A stretch of 64,000 bases of DNA. It comes from Macrostomum lignano. Lineage: Eukaryota. Made by a program: the position numbers and the translations under genes. The first letter of the stretch is position 1; every line of letters starts with the position of its first letter. Below the pieces are notes generated by a model. The model was not told the origin of the DNA. It worked only from the letters and a program-made list of their open reading frames with translations, and did no database searches. Below are positions 60,201 through 64,000 of this stretch, one piece after another. The stretch lies in the NCBI GenBank assembly GCA_002269645.1, contig NIVC01000384.1, positions 310,001 to 374,000 of the forward strand, read 5' to 3'.

Positions 60201-61947
60201 ACTGAAAAAATATGTGCATTTTAAATATACACGCGTGAGCATTGAGTACTGTACAGTTTAAGCATTTTAACTTTAAGCTGACTGCTAAACTTATCTATAA
60301 ATTATAATCAACGAGCAACACAGTGCTTTAGTAGGCCGTATGTTAATCACAATCAGTCAGAACTAATAGTAATTCAATTAATGTTAACTAAAACAAGGCT
60401 CACAGTCAACGGCAGTTCGCCACGCCTCTTCAGACCTCTGTGCTCTTCTTTCTGCAAATTAATAATCAACCATATAGTATGAATCCTGTGACAGACAAGT
60501 TTGATAAAAATGAAAAATTATCGAGCTTGCCTCATAGTACTCAAGTAATCCGGCCTCAGAGTTGAGCACAACCCAGCGTGGCTGGTAACCCTTGACAACG
60601 TTTGTAAATTTTAACAAATTACCCTCAATGCGCTTCCTGCAATACAGTGTTAAAGATATGAATTATACGCTCCATGATTGTCAATCTCCAACTGCCTGAT
60701 TGTCACTCTCCAACTGCCTGATTGTCACTCTCCTATCTGCCTGCCTGTCACTTTCCCACTGCCTACCTGTCACTCTCCCACTGCCTGACTGTCACTCTCC
60801 TATCTGCCTGACTGTCACTCTCCTATCTGCCTGACTGTCACTTTCCCACTTTCCCACTGTCTGACTGTCACTCTCCTAACTGCCTGACTGTCACTCTCCT
60901 AACTGCCTGACTGTCACTCTCCTAACTGCCTGACTGTCACTCTCCTATCTGCCTGACTGTCACTCTCCTATCTGCCTGACTGTCACTCTCCTATCTGCCT
61001 GACTGTCACTCTCCTATCTGACTGACTGTCACTTTCCCACTGCCTACCTGTCACTCTCCCACTGCCTGACTGTCACTCTCCTATCTGCCTGACTGTCACT
61101 CTCCTATCTGCCTGACTGTCACTTTCCCACTGCCTACCTGTCACTCTCCCACTGCCTGACTGTCACTCTCCTATCTGCCTGACTGTCACTCTCCTATCTG
61201 CCTGACTGTCACTCTCCTATCTGCCTGACTGTCACTCTCCTATCTGCCTGACTGTCACTTTCCCACTTTCCCACTGTCTGACTGTCACTCTCCTAACTGC
61301 CTGACTGTCACTCTCCTAACTGCCTGACTGTCACTCTCCTAACTGCCTGATTGTCACTCTCCTAACTGCCTGATTGTCACTCTCGTAACTGCCTGACTGT
61401 CACTCTCCTAACTGCCTGACAGTCCCTCTCCCACTGCCTGCCTGTTACTCTGCTAACTGCCTGACTGTCACTCTTCCACTGCCTGACTGTCCCTCTCCCA
61501 CTGCCTGATTGTTACTCTGCTAACTGCCTGACTGTCACTCTGCTAACTGCCTCATAGTCATAGTCACTCTCAAACTGCCTGACTGTCACTCTGCTAACTG
61601 CCTCATAATCATAGTCACTCTCCCACTGATTTGTTCTCTCTTGATTGTCTCTTGCCCAGTGCCTAGTTGTCAATATTTTTTGCTATCTGAATTAAAATAA
61701 AAACAAAAAACAAATGGCCACTCACCTTAAGCACAGCAACTCTTCTTCTTTTTCAAATTTCTACAAGTAAGAAAGAATTTAAACAAAAAGACCTTAGTAG
61801 CATTCTCAAGAATAAACAAAGCTGAAAAAACAAATAAAGATACCAAGCATTTACCTTTGCTTGTTGCATAACCAATTTTAATTGTTGTTTTTCAAACTGT
61901 GTGAGATTTTGCATCTCAGCCAGGGAATTATCAAAGTCAGTGTCCAT
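45238..61947 (-). CDS. Oxysterol-binding protein-related protein, ORP9/10/11 class (PH domain plus ORD), with an extra N-terminal helix
   Basis: Exons 61947-61855, 61760-61726, 60636-60531 (GC donor), 60451-60404, 60201-60120, 59519-59431, 58751-58227, 52901-52765, 51415-50998, 48848-48510, 47553-47215 and 45381-45238. PH motifs: [46 protein letters not shown] motifs: [79 protein letters not shown]. Confidence 0.9.
45530..47160. repeat. 32-bp intronic minisatellite (GATTAAGACACACAGGTGAGATAGCACAGGTA)
   Basis: About 50 units are read directly. Confidence 0.96.
47588..48505. repeat. Three abutting intronic minisatellites: 32-bp (GGGGCGATTCTACAGTAGCAGAATGTAGGGTA), 33-bp (GATTCTGCAGTTGAATCACACAGGGTCAGATGC) and 21-bp (GGAGCACACAGGGAGCACATT)
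   Basis: Read directly; together they fill the intron 47554-48509. Confidence 0.93.
48921..49128 (-). mobile_element. Dispersed SINE-like element, long copy, intronic
   Basis: Closely similar to 36994-37196. Confidence 0.75.
49385..50072. repeat. 23-bp intronic minisatellite (GCGATTTTCAGAGAGTATCAGGG)
   Basis: Read directly. Confidence 0.95.
50655..50910. repeat. 16-bp intronic minisatellite (GATTATGAACTGTCAA)
   Basis: Read directly. Confidence 0.93.
51490..51860. repeat. 24-bp intronic minisatellite (CCTACTAGCCTACCTACCTGCCAA)
   Basis: Read directly. Confidence 0.93.
52620..52712 (-). mobile_element. Partial SINE-like family copy
   Basis: GTGCACAGCGGCCCTGACTTTCTAATCGTCAGGCGCATGTACAC followed by TGCGCCTTGGGGGCTGGCCCTCA. 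Confidence 0.68.
53226..53327 (-). ncRNA. Degenerate twister-ribozyme-like motif
   Basis: The minus strand reads UAA-AUCC-GUC, a P3-like stem GCCGAC/GUUGGC, then CGGUCCCAAGUCC, and later GAGGG. This is the order of elements in a P1-type twister. P2 and P4 pair imperfectly. Confidence 0.35.
54104..55738. repeat. Highly homogeneous 74-bp intronic tandem array, about 22 copies
   Basis: Unit: GTGCCTCCAACATCCACCACAGCTGGCAGAAGTCCTGAATCCACATCAGTAAGACAATCTTTATCTGTTTATAA. Confidence 0.97.
56165..56655. repeat. 17-bp minisatellite arranged as 34-bp dimers (CAGTGACATTTGCCTGT / CAGTGACATTCGACTGT)
   Basis: Read directly. Confidence 0.95.
57635..58192. repeat. 28-bp intronic minisatellite (GCTGGCCCAGCAACTGAGGATCTGGGAG)
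   Basis: Read directly. Confidence 0.94.
58920..59165. repeat. 31-bp intronic minisatellite (TAAAATTATGGAAATCTGACCCCATATTCGG)
   Basis: Read directly. Confidence 0.92.
59520..59985. repeat. 56-bp intronic minisatellite containing a copy of the adjacent 3' splice site
   Basis: About 8 units. The minus strand has GCAAATATCCCCACAG|CC, against the real acceptor GCAAATATTCCCGCAG|CC at 59520. Confidence 0.93.
60675..61625. repeat. ~23-bp intronic minisatellite (CTGCCTGACTGTCACTCTCCTAT)
   Basis: Read directly. Confidence 0.94.
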
Positions 61948-64000
61948 CAAACAGACAGATGCCCACTTACTAGTATTTTAATCATTAAAACATAGACATT
62001 AATTGGATCCTCAGGGGCTTAGGTCTTAGCAACTATTATTGTTAAAATAGGATTATAGAAATTAAAAGACATCTGGAATAAATATTTTTATTTGCAATTT
62101 ATTAGCTTTATTTTTAATATAGATGACATAGCTAAGATATTTATGATTCTTGAATATTCACCTAAAAATCCTAGGATCAACCCTTAATACCTCTTTAAAA
62201 ATTGATCAAACCTAGCTTTTAACTTATAAAAATATTTACAAGTAAATAAGTTAACAACTCAGGCGATATAAAGAAAAGGTTAAATTAGAGAACAAATTAG
62301 TGAAGTTAAATGAAATTTAGGTTAAAAATTTTGCTTTTAAAAAATTGAGTTAATATAAGAAAATGAATTTCAAATACATAATTTAAAACTTAAAATAATA
62401 TTATAATATTCAATAAAAACACTTAGTTATGCCCTATTGTTTAGTTATTGGTAGGTGTATACAAGAATGAAAATTGAAGTTTTTTATTTTATGCTAACGT
62501 AAATTAATTTTTAGTTACTACCAACTCATATTATTATTAGGGACTGTAACTATTATTGCCCAAAAACTAGATTTTTTATAAATATCTTTAATATAACTTT
62601 TTTTACTTGAACTATTTTTATGTTTATTATGTCATTTCATTTTTACCTTTTTATCTATTAGGTCTATCTATTACGCAGCATAAATCTAGCCTTTATTCTA
62701 CCCCCTTCTCTTGCTCTAACACAGAATAGTAATATAGCCAATAAGCCAAAACCTTAGCAAAAAGACCTTAAAATATCAGTCCTAGGCCTAAAATACATAG
62801 GGGATTATAAAAATGTTTGTTATAACATAAATTTAATTCTTCTTTCTCCTTATAAGTGAAATAGTACATAAAATTTCTTAAATTTAATTTTCTAAAGTTG
62901 TTTTCCAATTGGGAGCAATAAAGCTAAGCTGTTGAAAAAGTAATAATAATGAAAATTTTGTCAAACTTTTTAGCACATTTAATATCAAGTCAAGATTAGT
63001 TAAGAATAGAAAAAAACATATTATTATATTTTTTAACTTATAAGCTATTTCTATACTTATTGATTGAATGATTCAAAGATTGGCCATTACAATTAAATAT
63101 ATAATAATAATATTAAATGGCCATTTTTATACTAAGGCAACGATATATACTTATATTTCATCTAAAAATTCTATATAATAAAAAGTATATCATATGTATG
63201 CAATGGCATAGGATTATAGCCATAGGCCTAGTTTTTTGGTAATAAAAGATTTTAATGATAATAGACATAGTCATTTTGGTAAAAAACAAAACTTTAATGA
63301 GATATTTTAGATAGAAATATTTTATCTTAAAACTTATGTCATAGCCATAGGCCTAAGGTCTATAGTATAAGTAGGCCTAATAGTTATTAATTTAAAGGTT
63401 AGGCTAGGCCCTATTTAAAATAGTTAACTAATGTTTCATTATTTAGGCTTACTAGGCCCTAGGCCTACTAAACTAGATTTAGGTTTATACCATATATAGC
63501 CTAGCCTAGGCTAGGCCTATATACAAAATATAAACATTAACAAAATAACTATACAAAGTAATATTATGAAATTCCTGTCATTTCAATAGTATTAATATTA
63601 TGACTGTATACTATAGTACTATTTAAGAAATTCACAAACTTTTCTTATGAAGACAGAAGACTGAGAGTGTTTGTTTTGTTGCTGTTGCAGAAGTAGCTTG
63701 TTGTTAAAATGACTATTTGCCAACAAAATATCGATTACTAAAACAATTTATCGCCAAAATAACCTGCATCTATGCCAAGATTCTCAGTGCTAAACTGAAC
63801 ACTTACAGCTGAATTTTGACCATTGAACCCTTAACCCTTAGCTAGCTAACCCACTTAGAAGGGTGCAGTGCGTCTCAAGCCATTGAAGCCAATGGCAATG
63901 ATGGCTAAATACTACTGTATTTTTAATTTGTTGTAAAAAAAACTCTGAAAATTATTATAAAAATAAAACGCTAGCTGTTTACTGACATTTTAATAATGCA

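Noticed and set aside
63825-63865. TTAACCCTT...AAGGG as piggyBac-type ends
   Set aside because: The span is only about 30 bp and the right side lacks TTAA; no partner end is in the window.

Overview
This is eukaryotic (metazoan) genomic DNA. GC-rich exons with Gln/Gly/Ala/His runs are separated by introns mostly filled with unrelated minisatellites, a style that suggests a free-living flatworm such as Macrostomum (inference only). I reconstructed five intact-looking spliced genes by hand from GT/GC-AG sites and exon phase: a C2H2-like zinc-finger gene (+), and an RBM46/RBM47/A1CF-family RNA-binding gene, MITD1, GPCPD1 and an ORP10/11-type OSBP-related gene (all -). A sixth locus, PAN/apple plus fibrinogen domain (+), carries an in-frame stop and a frameshift. 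Most entries in the ORF track are artefacts of tandem repeats. The strongest leads are: a Rab-effector-like (RIM/rabphilin SHD1-type) helix spliced in frame onto the ORP PH domain; minisatellites whose units are copies of splice sites, including an in-frame 3' splice-site ladder; one core motif (GGGCGATTYT) shared by six otherwise unrelated arrays; a dispersed SINE-like family with covarying hairpins; and a degenerate twister-ribozyme-like motif. Nothing was confirmed by database search or folding software.
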